Assembly: GCA_951804945.1 (NCBI GenBank)
Contig: OX638150.1
Coordinates: forward strand, 41,230,001 to 41,294,000
From: Podarcis cretensis
Lineage: Eukaryota
DNA length: 64,000 nt
Reading direction: 5' to 3'
A program made the position numbers and the translations under genes. This document shows, in pieces, positions 62,519-64,000 of the stretch; position 1 is the first letter of the stretch; each line of letters begins with the position of its first letter. Under the pieces are notes generated by a model. It did no database searches and was not told where the DNA came from. It saw only the letters and a list, made by a program, of their open reading frames with translations.

Positions 62519-64000
62519 TGGTGTGTGCTAAGGCATTCTGGCTGTTTTTCTGACTCTCTTCTTTTCAATAAAGTGCCACTCACAGTTCTACACTATGATA
62601 AGTTTCTACATTTACAGGAAATGATTTCACAGGTATTAATAAGCAATGGGCATTTTTTTTCCCACTGCAGGAAGCGGCAGTCCCAGGGTCAACATTGGAC
62701 TCATGTTATAATATAAGAAACATAGGTCATTTGCAGGCATGATAACCTGGTTTATAAATTGCTTTTGAATTTTTGAATTGTAAATTTAAACTTGGAGAAA
62801 ATATAAAATATGCAATGCTTCTAAACTCTGTGTGGTTATAGATCCAATAAAATTTCAGAAACCATGATTAAATAAATTCAAACTTATTTTAATTTGCCTC
62901 CTGGCTTCTGAGTGTGTAGTATTTGTTGGTAGTACAGTTTCAAAATTATTTCAAGAGAAGGAGAAAAGGGAAAACAGCAAGCAAAGCAGCTTTAAGGCTT
63001 TACATGGAAGTGTCCAAGGATGTTGCTCTCTGAGCAAAACAGTGTCATGGAGGGCACTGCTCTATATTTCTTTTCTGTCTCTTGAATACTTACTGTGCTT
63101 TTACATACCACAGTGAAATTGTCTGGACCACCCTTTCTGTGTCTATGAATACTGTTGTCTAAAACTTAGAAAATCTTTGAACCCTATAAGGAACTTACAC
63201 CCTCAGTAATGGACCAGGTGACACTACTAAAAACTACTTGCCAATGTTGTTCTCTTGCTGACCAGTTTGCTCTATATTTTCCTCACTGATTTTCCTCTGC
63301 AAGATATTGCCAAAATCATACTAGCTACGGCCAATACTATCTTGATCAGATAGTATTTATGAGAAGTATGCGGCAGATGAATCCCAAGCTGAAGTGCAGG
63401 AGTTCTAAGTTTATCCAAAGTGAAGCAGGATCTGTATAAGGTGCCCCAAACCAAAGCAAGGATCCCCTAAAGCATTTTGTGATGTCTTGGTGATTCGGGT
63501 ATCAGAACAATGCTACAAACAAGTGTCTGCTAAACATGAAACTAAAGGATTGTATCCAAATAAGTTCTATTCAGAGTACGCTCATTTAATGTAATGTACC
63601 CAAGTTACTCATGTTCCCTAATTCTATTAATGTATCTAGCATGGGGTGAAAGGGGAGAGAAAGCTCCATGGTGGCTGACAGGCAAAGCTTGTCATCCGAG
63701 GGAATTATTTTACCTGGACTCTCCAACCCCCCCTGCTTTGGGGCAGGGATGCTGAGGTAAATAAACAGCCTTGGTTCTATGCACTTCTGGCTCTTTCACA
63801 AGTTCTGTCTCTGAGAAAGAAGAATGCTATTAAAAGAGTTCTAGTGGAGCAATTGGAGTGAGACTTTTCTTTTCCTTACGTCCAGCCCAGTCCCTCCCTT
63901 TGCCCACCCTTTCTTTTTAAATCCTATAGTTCTTTTCTTCACATTTAAATCTTCCATTGTTAGCTTGTTCTTATTAGAGTCAGTGGACCCCCGCTTTTCC

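Noticed and set aside
63126-63134. GLI-like site GACCACCCT
   Set aside because: Single 8/9 match, expected by chance in 64 kb.

Overview
Vertebrate genomic DNA, most likely a squamate reptile and probably a lacertid lizard, judged from full-length Sauria SINEs and the MITE/SINE repertoire. The whole window lies inside the 3' part of the netrin-1 gene (NTN1) on the minus strand. Five coding exons can be read directly with GT-AG borders: 50099-50287, 34234-34383, 32782-32835, 17288-17362 and 4840-5168 (TAG stop). They encode laminin-EGF repeats V-2 and V-3, the linker and the C-terminal NTR/C345C domain. A long AU-rich 3'UTR probably runs off the left edge. The large first coding exon lies beyond the right edge. 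The rest is intron: SINEs, CR1/L2 remnants, Tc1/mariner- and hAT-type MITEs, microsatellites, several probable conserved enhancers and one 145-N gap. I see no second protein-coding gene and no clearly new system. The best leads are an N-gap framed by splice signals in NTN1 sense, a rare AAG acceptor on exon 6, a 30-bp MITE hairpin, paired REST-like sites and candidate enhancers. Exon numbering follows the usual human NTN1 structure. Repeat family names are from recognition, not database searches.
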